This document shows positions 1-8,494 of a stretch of DNA of 64,000 bases, in pieces; within the stretch, counting starts at the first letter, position 1; each line of letters starts with the position of its first letter. The DNA comes from an uncultured Candidatus Saccharibacteria bacterium. GTDB taxonomy: Bacteria > Patescibacteriota > Minisyncoccia > Phycocordibacterales > UBA918. Made by a program: the position numbers and the translations under genes. The stretch covers positions 64,382 to 128,381 of the forward strand of contig CAYGLK010000002.1 in NCBI GenBank assembly GCA_964350985.1, written 5' to 3'. Under the pieces are notes generated by a model. It made no database searches. It was given only the letters and a program-made list of their open reading frames with translations, and was not told where the DNA came from.

Positions 1-17
1 TACCTGAATACCGAAAG

Positions 18-49
18 AAAACTATCTACGTTGTAAGGTAGATAGTTTT
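18..49. terminator. Perfect 12-bp inverted repeat (aaaactatctac / gtagatagtttt) with 8-nt loop, followed on the minus strand by a T-run; terminator downstream of pilC
   Basis: Seen in sequence: palindrome at 18-49; minus-strand reading gives hairpin then ttttctttc. Confidence 0.5.
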
Positions 50-95
50 ATTATACCGCTTGCTAGAAACCTGTTTGGAGAGAATGTGGACAACC

Positions 96-1313
96 CTACA
101 AAGAACTGGTGAGACTGTAGATCGGCATCAAAACAGAAGCAAGTAAGACACCGACTCCAAGACCGAGAAGCACAATCATAATTGGCTCGATAAGTCCGAT
201 AAGGGTATCGACAGCATTGTTTACTTCACGACGGTAGAAGTTCGCTAAAGTTTCCAAAATCTCAGAGAGACTTCCTGTCTCTTCCCCCACCTTAACCATC
301 TGGGTCAACACACCAGGAATCTCAGGGTACTCAGAAATAGAATCTGCAAATGATCTACCTCCTTTAACCTCGGTTAAAGCAATCTGGATAATTTCACGGT
401 AAACAGTGTTATCTACCACATCGGCCGTCACTTCCAGAGCCTGAACCATCGAGACACCGCTACTAAGCATTGTAGCTAGGTTGTCACAGATACGTGTCAG
501 CAATAGCTTACGCTTTAGGTCTCCCAAGTATGGTATAGAAATCATTAACTCATCGTAAGTTCGTTGACCAACTTCTGTTTGTTTAAATTTCCACAAAGCC
601 ACTAACCCTCCAGCAATCAGAATGAAAATAATTCCGATATAGTCGACTAAGAAATCAGATAGTCCGATAACAATCTTGGTGTAGATAGGAAGTTCTTGTC
701 CTGAACCGGTAAGAATTTCAGCAATTTTAGGAATCACTAGCGTAAGCATCAGTCCCATCACTGCAATAAAGATAGCGACCACAAAAGCTGGATACACCAG
801 AGCATTACGAGCCTTACTAACAATCTCGTAAGATCGATCCAAGTAATCAGCTAAATAAGAAAAAGACTTCTCGAGAGAACCTGACTCTTCTCCGGAACGA
901 ACTAGACTGACGTAAAAAGAAGAAAATACTTCTGGGTGAAAAGCTAAGGCTCGTGAGATCGAACTTCCCCCTTGTAGATCTTCCACAATTTTATTCATAA
1001 TTGATTGGAGTTGTGGACTACTGACTTCAGCAGACAGTAGTCTGAAGATACGAAGTGGTGAAACGTGAGCCTGGAACAATGTTGAAATCTGGCGCGACAA
1101 AATCACAATCTCTTTGTTGGAGACTGTGTTCATAAATGAAAACTCAAAGTTCAGCAATGATCTCCAACCTTGATTTTCGTCAGCTGGATCAATAGAAACT
1201 ACTGTATAACCACGCTTTTGGACCGCTGAAATAGCCGCATCGATAGTAGCGGCTTCAACCGTACCTTCGCGCTGGACATTGGTATTATCGATCGCAACGT
1301 AATTAAAGAGCAT
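96..1313 (-). CDS. pilC: Type IV pilus assembly platform protein PilC (GspF family inner-membrane protein)
   Basis: 405-aa ORF with two GspF-type repeats and three hydrophobic segments; last gene of the pilus operon. Confidence 0.85.
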   Translation of the reverse strand: MLFNYVAIDNTNVQREGTVEAATIDAAISAVQKRGYTVVSIDPADENQGWRSLLNFEFSFMNTVSNKEIVILSRQISTLFQAHVSPLRIFRLLSAEVSSPQLQSIMNKIVEDLQGGSSISRALAFHPEVFSSFYVSLVRSGEESGSLEKSFSYLADYLDRSYEIVSKARNALVYPAFVVAIFIAVMGLMLTLVIPKIAEILTGSGQELPIYTKIVIGLSDFLVDYIGIIFILIAGGLVALWKFKQTEVGQRTYDELMISIPYLGDLKRKLLLTRICDNLATMLSSGVSMVQALEVTADVVDNTVYREIIQIALTEVKGGRSFADSISEYPEIPGVLTQMVKVGEETGSLSEILETLANFYRREVNNAVDTLIGLIEPIMIVLLGLGVGVLLASVLMPIYSLTSSL

Positions 1314-1320
1314 AAAAAAT

Positions 1321-2388
1321 TTAGATTAACCTCTCCAAAGCTTTTGGATTAGTTGAATAAGTGAAAGCATTTTCAACAGTAATGTCTCCATTTTGGACCA
1401 AGCGAGCTAATGAACGATTCATATCGATCATTCCTTGATCTAGCCCAATTTCAATAATAGACGGAATCTCGTGAACACGGTTTTCTCGAATCAAGTTTGA
1501 AACCGCTGTGTTGTTGATGAGCAGCTCAAAGACAGGAACCATTCCCCCACTAATACGCGGAATCAATCTTTGAGAGAAGATAGCAATCAAAGAACTAGAA
1601 ATCTGAACTCGAATCTGATCTTGCTGGTCTCCTGGGAAAGAGTCAATGATACGGTTGATGGTTTGGGCAGCGTTGTTAGTGTGAAGTGTCGAATAGACTA
1701 AGTGTCCTGTTTCAGCCGCAGTCACTGCAGTAGCGATAGTTTCATGGTTACGCATTTCTCCTACTAAGATCACGTCAACGTCCTGTCTAAAGGCTGAGTT
1801 TAGCGCTGACTGAAAGCTATCAGTATCAATACCTACTTCTCGTTGATCAATAAGAGATTTTTCTTCAGTATAAACATACTCAATTGGGTCTTCAATGGTC
1901 ACAATATGCTCTGAACGAGTGCGGTTGATGTGGTTCACCATGGCCGCTAGCGTTGTTGACTTACCTTGTCCGACTGGACCTACACAAAGGAAAAAACCTT
2001 GTGGTCTTTGAGTAAAGCTCTCAAGAATTGGTGGTAGGTTTAACTCCTCAAAAGTCCGAATGACGTTGGGAATAAGCCGAAGCGCAATTGAAAGTCGTCC
2101 TCTTTGAAAGAATCCATTACCACGAAAACGAACAGAGTCAGTGTTTTCGTATGAAAAGTCTACTTCTTGGTGGGCGTTTAATCTTTCGAGCTGATCTGGG
2201 CGCAACATTGTTTTAGCAAAACCAACAACATCAGCGTCTGTTAGGATCGGTTTTTTAACCAGCGGTATCAATGTACCAGATACACGAATGAGCGGATGTG
2301 AACCAACAGAAAAGTGAATATCTGAAGATTTTTCAGTAATCAAAAGTTCGATCAGGGATTGAAGTTCTCGCTTGTAGTCTACAGACAT
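1321..2388 (-). CDS. pilT: Twitching-motility retraction ATPase PilT
   Basis: 355 aa; Walker A GPVGQGKST; PilT/GspE ATPase core; 7-bp gap to pilC. Confidence 0.85.
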   Translation of the reverse strand: MSVDYKRELQSLIELLITEKSSDIHFSVGSHPLIRVSGTLIPLVKKPILTDADVVGFAKTMLRPDQLERLNAHQEVDFSYENTDSVRFRGNGFFQRGRLSIALRLIPNVIRTFEELNLPPILESFTQRPQGFFLCVGPVGQGKSTTLAAMVNHINRTRSEHIVTIEDPIEYVYTEEKSLIDQREVGIDTDSFQSALNSAFRQDVDVILVGEMRNHETIATAVTAAETGHLVYSTLHTNNAAQTINRIIDSFPGDQQDQIRVQISSSLIAIFSQRLIPRISGGMVPVFELLINNTAVSNLIRENRVHEIPSIIEIGLDQGMIDMNRSLARLVQNGDITVENAFTYSTNPKALERLI

Positions 2389-2391
2389 AGA

Positions 2392-2772
2392 TTACTTAGT
2401 CTTAAGGTTTTTCATAATGTCGTCCACTTTCTTCACTACTTCACTTGGGATAGATTCAGCTTTAATGATATAACCAGCTGCTCCAGCGTCTACTGCTTCT
2501 TGGATATCTTCTTGTTGACCTTGATTTGAAAGGAAAATACAAACTTTTGTTTGTTCCGGAAATTGTTCACGGATAATCTTAAGTAACTCAACTCCAGAAG
2601 TGCCTGGCATAATCATGTCGAGCAAAATCAGGTCAAAAGAATCACCTTTTTCTAAAATACTTATAGTTGACGCTCCTCCATCCGCCACAGAAACCTCATG
2701 ACCATGTTGAATAAACTTGATCGTATACATGTCACGCAAGAATGCATCATCATCAACTAGCAATATCTTCAT
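2392..2772 (-). CDS. CheY-like response-regulator receiver (stand-alone REC) embedded between pilB and pilT
   Basis: 126 aa; MKILLVDDD, LILLDMIMPG and K-containing receiver signatures; overlaps the pilB 3' end by 20 bp. Confidence 0.75.
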   Translation of the reverse strand: MKILLVDDDAFLRDMYTIKFIQHGHEVSVADGGASTISILEKGDSFDLILLDMIMPGTSGVELLKIIREQFPEQTKVCIFLSNQGQQEDIQEAVDAGAAGYIIKAESIPSEVVKKVDDIMKNLKTK

Positions 2773-4588
2773 TAAGATCTATTATAGCGGGAATATTACT
2801 TTCTGCGACCGGGTTATCGACAGTTGGTTCTATTTCATCAAGTGATGTATCTATTCCAACCTTAGTTCCAAAGGCATTCATCTCTTCGTAAGGAATAATA
2901 TGGTCTAGCGCTTTGATGATAGCGTCTTCTTTCATAGTCATAAAACCATTCTTTCTAGCAGCTAAGAACATCTGTTCTTCTGAAGAGTTACGCAAAATCA
3001 GCTCTTGGATTTCTTCATTAATCTCCAAAGCTTCTATAACCGCTACCCGTCCACGCATACCTGTAGCACATCCTGGAGCCGGCTCTGGACGCATCATAGT
3101 TCGATTGGCTGGAATCCTTTTATGATAGCGCTCTGGCAATGTCTTGAAACTTTGCTCCATCATCATCTTTGTACTAGTAGTAACTGGTTCTTCCTTACCA
3201 GAATTATCACAAAGACGTCGCGCTAGACGTTGTGCAATCGCTAACTTCAGGGTTGGTGCAATCAAGTATGGATCAACACCCATATCAATCAATCGAGGAA
3301 TAACTCCAATAGAGTTGTTGGTGTGAATAGTAGAGAGTACCAAGTGACCAGTGAGAGCTGCTTGAATAGCCAGCTGAGCTGTCTCTTTGTCACGGATTTC
3401 TCCCACCATAATAATGTCGGGATCTTGACGCAAGGCTGCCCTGAGTCCATTAGCAAAAGAATAACCGATCTCGGGACGTACCTGAGACTGACTTACTCCA
3501 CTGATGTTATATTCGATCGGATCTTCAAGTGAAAGTACATTTTTTTTCATTCGATCAACCTCAGATAACATAGCGTACAAAGTAGTAGACTTTCCAGATC
3601 CGGTCGGACCAGAAATCAAGATAATGCCGTACGGCTCTTTAATCATCCGGCGGATTGTTTCGAGCACATGCCCTGAGACACCAGCGTCCTCAAGTGAACG
3701 CACCCCTTTTTCATTATCCAAAATACGCATTACCACCTTCTCTCCATGGCTAGTCGGAAGTAATGAAACACGGAAGTCAATCTTTCGACCATCAAACGTC
3801 GCAGAAAAACGACCGTCTTGCGGTTTTCGTCTTTCGTCTAGTCTCATTGAAGACAAAATCTTTACTCGAGCCACTACTGCCATATGAACATTTTTTGGTA
3901 ACTCTAGAGAGGTATTTAAATCTCCATCAACTCGGAAACGGACAGTGACTTTTTCATCTGTTGGTTCGATGTGAATGTCAGAAGCACCCCCGTCTACAGC
4001 GTAGCGCAAAATAGTAGCTACAATTTTTGTCACCGGAGCATCTTCCTCAATATGCTCCATTGCCTGTTTTTTGGTTTGAGGGAAAGCTTCCTCTACCCCA
4101 GCGGCAATTTCAGCATTTAATTCACTTTCTAGACTAACGAGGGCGTCGGTCACTTCACCTTTGAGGTTTTCGTAAAATTGGTGGGCTTTCTTAATATCTT
4201 CCTCCAACATAAAAACAAACTTGTAGGCCAAATCATATTTGGTACTAACAAAGTTCAATACTTCGCGAAGCTGTAGATTTTCAGGGTCATTCACTCCTAC
4301 TACCAATAACTCATCTTCAATCTTTAACGGAATAAGCTTGTAGTGAATCGCAGATTCTTCTGGAACGTAATTGAGTATCTCCTCGGTTAAGTTAAAACCT
4401 TCAGGCATTTCAAAAGCCGGTACTTGATAGTAAGCGGCAAAAGCATTTCTGACCGCTTCTTTAGAGACTTCAAGCTTTATCAGGGCAGCCTCTAAAGAAA
4501 TCCCCTCTTCCACAACCAAAGCCTCCGCCTGTTTAGCGACTAGCTCGGTAACCTCTTTTCGTTCCAGTAATGTATCCAGTGGATTCAT
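2753..4588 (-). CDS. pilB: Type IV pilus assembly ATPase PilB (GspE family)
   Basis: 611 aa; Walker A GPTGSGKSTTLYA; GspE N-domain. The usual C-terminal tetracysteine motif is reduced to two Cys. Confidence 0.85.
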   Translation of the reverse strand: MNPLDTLLERKEVTELVAKQAEALVVEEGISLEAALIKLEVSKEAVRNAFAAYYQVPAFEMPEGFNLTEEILNYVPEESAIHYKLIPLKIEDELLVVGVNDPENLQLREVLNFVSTKYDLAYKFVFMLEEDIKKAHQFYENLKGEVTDALVSLESELNAEIAAGVEEAFPQTKKQAMEHIEEDAPVTKIVATILRYAVDGGASDIHIEPTDEKVTVRFRVDGDLNTSLELPKNVHMAVVARVKILSSMRLDERRKPQDGRFSATFDGRKIDFRVSLLPTSHGEKVVMRILDNEKGVRSLEDAGVSGHVLETIRRMIKEPYGIILISGPTGSGKSTTLYAMLSEVDRMKKNVLSLEDPIEYNISGVSQSQVRPEIGYSFANGLRAALRQDPDIIMVGEIRDKETAQLAIQAALTGHLVLSTIHTNNSIGVIPRLIDMGVDPYLIAPTLKLAIAQRLARRLCDNSGKEEPVTTSTKMMMEQSFKTLPERYHKRIPANRTMMRPEPAPGCATGMRGRVAVIEALEINEEIQELILRNSSEEQMFLAARKNGFMTMKEDAIIKALDHIIPYEEMNAFGTKVGIDTSLDEIEPTVDNPVAESNIPAIIDLNEDIAS

Positions 4589-4600
4589 ACGGAATAATAA

Positions 4601-4912
4601 TTAAAAATTAGCACTACTTGTATCAACAAAAGGATTATTTCGACCAACAGCTTCTTGGTTTAGTGGTTTAGAAAAACTACGATAAGAACTAAATAAAGGA
4701 TCGCTAAATACTCGCGTATCCAAATCAACTTGATCTAAAAGAGTACGACGCTCGATAAATATCTGAGTACTGATGAGCATGTCTTGAGTTGAAGAGACTG
4801 GATTATCAGAATTAAGTCCCGAATTCTTATTTTGCGAATACATATAATAACCAGCAAAAGCAAGGGTAATGGTTATCAGTGCGACAGTTATGTTTTTCAT
4901 TAGTGGACTCAT
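4601..4912 (-). CDS. Small single-pass membrane protein of the pilus operon (PilP-like position)
   Basis: 103 aa with an N-terminal TM helix; start overlaps the stop of the upstream gene (4909-4912). Confidence 0.4.
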   Translation of the reverse strand: MSPLMKNITVALITITLAFAGYYMYSQNKNSGLNSDNPVSSTQDMLISTQIFIERRTLLDQVDLDTRVFSDPLFSSYRSFSKPLNQEAVGRNNPFVDTSSANF

Positions 4913-5457
4913 ATAGTATTTGTATAAGAATAAGTAATGACACTAACAGCAGCTGTTATAACTCCTTCTTCATCAGCATTCAGACCCAACTTATGGACCT
5001 CAAGTGGATAATTATTCTGCTCAAGCTTACCTAACATTACTTTAACATCTTCGTAAGAACCAACTAGAGAAAGTGAGAAGGTGTGCTTGAGTAGATTTTT
5101 ATCTTTATTATTTGTCGCGCCAGCTGGTGTGCTTTTGTCGTATCTAACAGATTGAAGATAGACGTTTGATTCTTCAGCAATACTTAACAAATCTCTTGAG
5201 ACTGCCATTTGATCAACTTTTTCTGGAAGATATGTCATCAAAGCCTTAGTGTCAGAAGCTGAAATATTATTTAGTCTTTGCTTTAGACTAGCGAGTTGAG
5301 CGTTTACTTCATTTACTTTCCCCTTCTCAGTCTGATACTGCATTATTGAGTCTTGAATCACTCCTATATTTGTAAAAGTTGGATTTACGTAGAAGAAAAG
5401 GATACCTACAGCTAGGATAGTCATTACTACTTGCGTGAAAAATGAATTAGCTATCAT
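4909..5457 (-). CDS. pilO: PilO-like pilus assembly protein
   Basis: 182 aa; N-terminal TM helix then a coiled-coil; operon position between pilN and pilB. Confidence 0.5.
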   Translation of the reverse strand: MIANSFFTQVVMTILAVGILFFYVNPTFTNIGVIQDSIMQYQTEKGKVNEVNAQLASLKQRLNNISASDTKALMTYLPEKVDQMAVSRDLLSIAEESNVYLQSVRYDKSTPAGATNNKDKNLLKHTFSLSLVGSYEDVKVMLGKLEQNNYPLEVHKLGLNADEEGVITAAVSVITYSYTNTI

Positions 5458-6200
5458 AGTACTTCTTGATTAGGTTCTTCTGACAAGATCTCATCGATTA
5501 CTGTCTCGCCAGGCGGATTATTATCAATCAGATCTGCTGGTGCTGGAGACGGTGCAATAACTGGTGATAACTGGACTGTACTTGCAGACAGTAGTTTATC
5601 TATATCAATACCCAAGTCAGCTTTAAAAGTTACTCTCACCTTTTGATCTTTAAGATCTGTCTCGCCAACAAAAGCTCCAGGAGGAGGAACGTTTTGTAGA
5701 GTTAACTCACTAATATTTGAAATTGAAAGCGTGTTGTCGTCTTCCAGTACTTGTCTTTGGAATAGAGCTGAATCAAAAGAGTTAGTAACAATACTTGAAT
5801 CAATTGAGAAAGACGTATCGTCGACTCGTTCGAGGTTGAAAGATTCTAGTTGAACAGATCCTACAGTTGATGACTCAATAGCTTCAAGTAACTTAACAAC
5901 AGAAGCTGAGTGTTCTAGTCGATAGTTCATGTGGCTCAGTCTTTTATCAAAACCTAATATTCTATCCATTTCTGCTTCATCAAAAGTAGAGATAGCGTTA
6001 TTTAGAGAAAATATTTCGTCTTTAAGCGTGGAGTCCAACTTTTTTTCATAAGCATATACACCCGCTGCTCCAACTAGAGCAGCAAAAAACAATATACGTA
6101 CAATAAAAGTACCAATATAAACCTTACGGCGACCAATACGCTTTTCTTTTTGCGCTGGATTTCTTTTTGGAATGAACGAAGTACTTGTTGAGTCCGGCAT
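5454..6200 (-). CDS. pilN: PilN-like pilus assembly protein
   Basis: 248 aa; short basic cytoplasmic N-terminus, one TM helix, periplasmic domain; directly downstream of pilM. Confidence 0.5.
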   Translation of the reverse strand: MPDSTSTSFIPKRNPAQKEKRIGRRKVYIGTFIVRILFFAALVGAAGVYAYEKKLDSTLKDEIFSLNNAISTFDEAEMDRILGFDKRLSHMNYRLEHSASVVKLLEAIESSTVGSVQLESFNLERVDDTSFSIDSSIVTNSFDSALFQRQVLEDDNTLSISNISELTLQNVPPPGAFVGETDLKDQKVRVTFKADLGIDIDKLLSASTVQLSPVIAPSPAPADLIDNNPPGETVIDEILSEEPNQEVL

Positions 6201-6255
6201 ATCAATAATTATACTTGCTTTCTAGTTGCAAAACGAACTTAGACTGTTAAGAAGT

Positions 6256-7332
6256 CTATTCAAATAATCTTAGAGCTCCGCCTAAGGCTACGTTGAAAGA
6301 TGGTCCGATGTCAGTAATCAAATCTTCCATAAAGGCAGGGTAAGCCACTTTATTAAAAGGATTAGCATAGACAACTTCTTTTCCTAAAGCTTCAGCTATG
6401 AGAGTTTTTGTACCTGGGAAGAGTGATCCTCCGCCAGAAAGATAAACTGCCTCTATCTTTGTATCTAGATTTTTTTCGTATTCATTAATTACTTGTCTGA
6501 ATTCTTGGAAGGCTCGATCATAGCAAGTATGATGCGCTCTTTTAACATCGTGGAAATTTTTATCTTTACTATCAATATTTCGCTTCAGTAATTCAGCTGC
6601 TTCAAAATCAAGATCTAACGTACTGGCTATTCTCTTGGTGGCCACGGCTCCTCCAGCTCTCACTCGGTGCATTCTTTGCAGTAGTCCGTCTTTAGCAATA
6701 TACAGCTTTGTAGAAACCGCCCCAATATCTATCAATACAACATCAGTATCTTCTTTACTATAGACTCCTCGTAACGCACTAAAGCACTCAATCTCAGTTG
6801 GCGGTTCACTTAGGTTTGCAAACTGCATCAAAACTCTGAAGCGATTTAGTGCTTCGTTTTGAATAGCGGCTACTAGAATATTTCTCTGATTCTCTTTACT
6901 ACTAGAATCGGCTTCTATCTCAGCCCAGTCCAAAGCAACTTCAGCGATCGGTACTGGAATGTATTTTCTCGCCTCGACTCTCACTCGAGTTGAGATATCT
7001 TCTTCCTCTGGAGCTATTAGGTTGATGGTAGTAACGAAGCTTGAAGACAGAGGCATAGCAAAGACTGCGTTTTTTGCTTTAACGGCTGACTCCCGAATCA
7101 CATCCACTAAAGCCTGTTGTTCTTTTTTGGCTTCAAGATCAACTGACTGGCCAATTTCTTTTGCCGCATAAGGACCAAGCTGAATCTCACCATAAGTAGT
7201 AAGTGTCAAAACATCACTTCTCTCTTGAAGCTCAACTACCTTAATAGAAGATGAACCAATATCAACTCCGACCACTCTTTGAGAGTCGCTTGATTTTTCA
7301 CTACTAAAGAATAATTTGGAAAGTGATTTCAT
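6256..7332 (-). CDS. pilM: Type IV pilus assembly protein PilM (actin-like ATPase fold)
   Basis: 358 aa; VVGVDIGSSSIKVVEL phosphate-1 motif; FtsA/PilM family. Confidence 0.8.
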   Translation of the reverse strand: MKSLSKLFFSSEKSSDSQRVVGVDIGSSSIKVVELQERSDVLTLTTYGEIQLGPYAAKEIGQSVDLEAKKEQQALVDVIRESAVKAKNAVFAMPLSSSFVTTINLIAPEEEDISTRVRVEARKYIPVPIAEVALDWAEIEADSSSKENQRNILVAAIQNEALNRFRVLMQFANLSEPPTEIECFSALRGVYSKEDTDVVLIDIGAVSTKLYIAKDGLLQRMHRVRAGGAVATKRIASTLDLDFEAAELLKRNIDSKDKNFHDVKRAHHTCYDRAFQEFRQVINEYEKNLDTKIEAVYLSGGGSLFPGTKTLIAEALGKEVVYANPFNKVAYPAFMEDLITDIGPSFNVALGGALRLFE

Positions 7333-7991
7333 TTTGGTTTATTCTAAATATTCTATCATGCCGATATCGTATACTAGTAGTAGTGTTGAATATTTTTCTT
7401 AAAATCTACGATACTATCTTCCCTCCCCATCAGTGTCTTTTGCAGATTCAGGGCGAGACAAAAGATAGCTTTGTTCGTTTTTTAAGACCACAAAAGATAC
7501 CGGGGGTAATTTACCTAAGTGATTTTCAAATTAAATCTATAAACTCAGCTATTACAGCCAACAAATTTTATAACTCAACTCACGCTAGCCAGATACTTGG
7601 TTCAATACTTGCAACCTGGCTGAAAGATCTACCTTCCGGCAAAACTGCCTTGGTACCTATACCTTTGTCTTACGCTAGACAAAAAGAACGTGGCTATAAT
7701 CAAGTAACAAGGATTCTGGAAAATATAGATATTGATAACTTTGTGGTGTTGGAGGTATTAGAAAAAACTAGACATACCGTACCTCAGACTTCTCTATCTA
7801 GAAAGGAAAGATTGAAAAATATTAACGGAGCCTTTTCAATCAAAAATAAGAGTGAGTTAGCTGACTTTAACAGAATCATTATTATAGACGACGTGGTTAC
7901 AACCGGTACAACCTTAAAAGTAGCCAAAGTGACTCTACTTCCCTATGTTAAAGATGATCAAGAGTTAATCTGTCTAGCAATAGCTCACTAA
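7323..7991 (+). CDS. comFC: ComF-family phosphoribosyltransferase-fold competence protein; the true start is probably downstream of 7323
   Basis: PRTase motif IIIDDVVTTGTTL near the C-terminus. The reported start overlaps the divergent pilM start by 10 bp, so an internal start is likely. No N-terminal Zn-finger Cys pairs. Confidence 0.65.
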   Translation: MISFWFILNILSCRYRILVVVLNIFLKIYDTIFPPHQCLLQIQGETKDSFVRFLRPQKIPGVIYLSDFQIKSINSAITANKFYNSTHASQILGSILATWLKDLPSGKTALVPIPLSYARQKERGYNQVTRILENIDIDNFVVLEVLEKTRHTVPQTSLSRKERLKNINGAFSIKNKSELADFNRIIIIDDVVTTGTTLKVAKVTLLPYVKDDQELICLAIAH

Positions 7992-8061
7992 AAGTTTTTT
8001 CGCAGAATAATGAAAATATGGTATCTTACTTTCAAGCTACTTAAGGATCAAATCAGTAGTA

Positions 8062-8147
8062 TGGAGAAGTGTCAGAGTGGTCTATCGTGCTTCCTTGCTA
8101 AGGAAGTGGGGTTCACGCCCCCGGAGGTTCGAATCCTCTCTTCTCCG
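8062..8147 (+). tRNA. tRNA-Ser, anticodon GCU (type II tRNA with long variable arm). Non-canonical 18-nt anticodon arm; no encoded CCA
   Basis: Acceptor GGAGAAG/CTTCTCC, T-arm GGAGG-TTCGAAT-CCTCT, variable arm GGGG-TTCACG-CCCC. Anticodon arm cttcc-ttgctaaa-ggaag has one extra nucleotide (8-nt loop, or 6-bp stem plus 6-nt loop). Confidence 0.75.
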
Positions 8148-8157
8148 CTTTTTGAAA

Positions 8158-8184
8158 ATACCGCCTCTGGGCGGTTATTTTCTT
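8158..8184 (+). terminator. Rho-independent terminator after tRNA-Ser (ccgcc-tctg-ggcgg plus T-run)
   Basis: Hairpin 8161-8174 followed by ttattttctt. Confidence 0.6.
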
Positions 8185-8445
8185 AAGCGGAGAAGAAGAA
8201 AAGTGCTAAGGCACTTTTCGTGAGGATTCGAAGACCTTGCCTACTATTTTGTGACGCAAGGAAACAAAATAGTGACAAGGTGTACTGCCTATGTAATGGG
8301 AGAAATTCCTCTCTTCTCGTAACAGTCTGGGAGACTGTTACGTAGGATTCGAAAAGCTTTTGAGGTAGATTCGACCAGAGGGAGAATATATCCAAAAGGT
8401 ATACTGGTTGTGTAACAACCGAAATTCCTCTCTTCTCCGCGAATA
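8185..8445. repeat. tRNA-linked repeat array A: inverted copy of the tRNA-Ser 3' tail, then two degenerate tRNA-3'-half-like units
   Basis: aagcggagaagaag at 8185-8198 is the reverse complement of ctcttctccgctt (8137-8150). Two units each contain a hairpin, a T-loop-like GGATTCGAA and an acceptor-like end gaaattcctctcttctc(cg). Confidence 0.5.
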
Positions 8446-8474
8446 CAAAAAACGCCCGAAAGGGCGATTTTTTG
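8446..8474. terminator. Bidirectional terminator (caaaaaa-cgccc-gaaa-gggcg-attttttg)
   Basis: GC stem flanked by an A-run and a T-run; serves the repeat array on the plus strand and the 739-aa gene on the minus strand. Confidence 0.6.
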
Positions 8475-8494
8475 TACGTCTCTAACATATCATT

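Noticed and set aside
2913-3948. Cluster of small plus-strand ORFs inside pilB (also 43232-43804 inside ftsH and 24001-25028 inside recG)
   Set aside because: They are antisense to strongly supported, motif-bearing genes, so they are spurious.
8183-8488. 101-aa minus-strand ORF
   Set aside because: It lies entirely inside the tRNA-3'-half-like repeat array and terminator hairpins. There is no RBS, and its composition follows the repeats rather than coding sequence.
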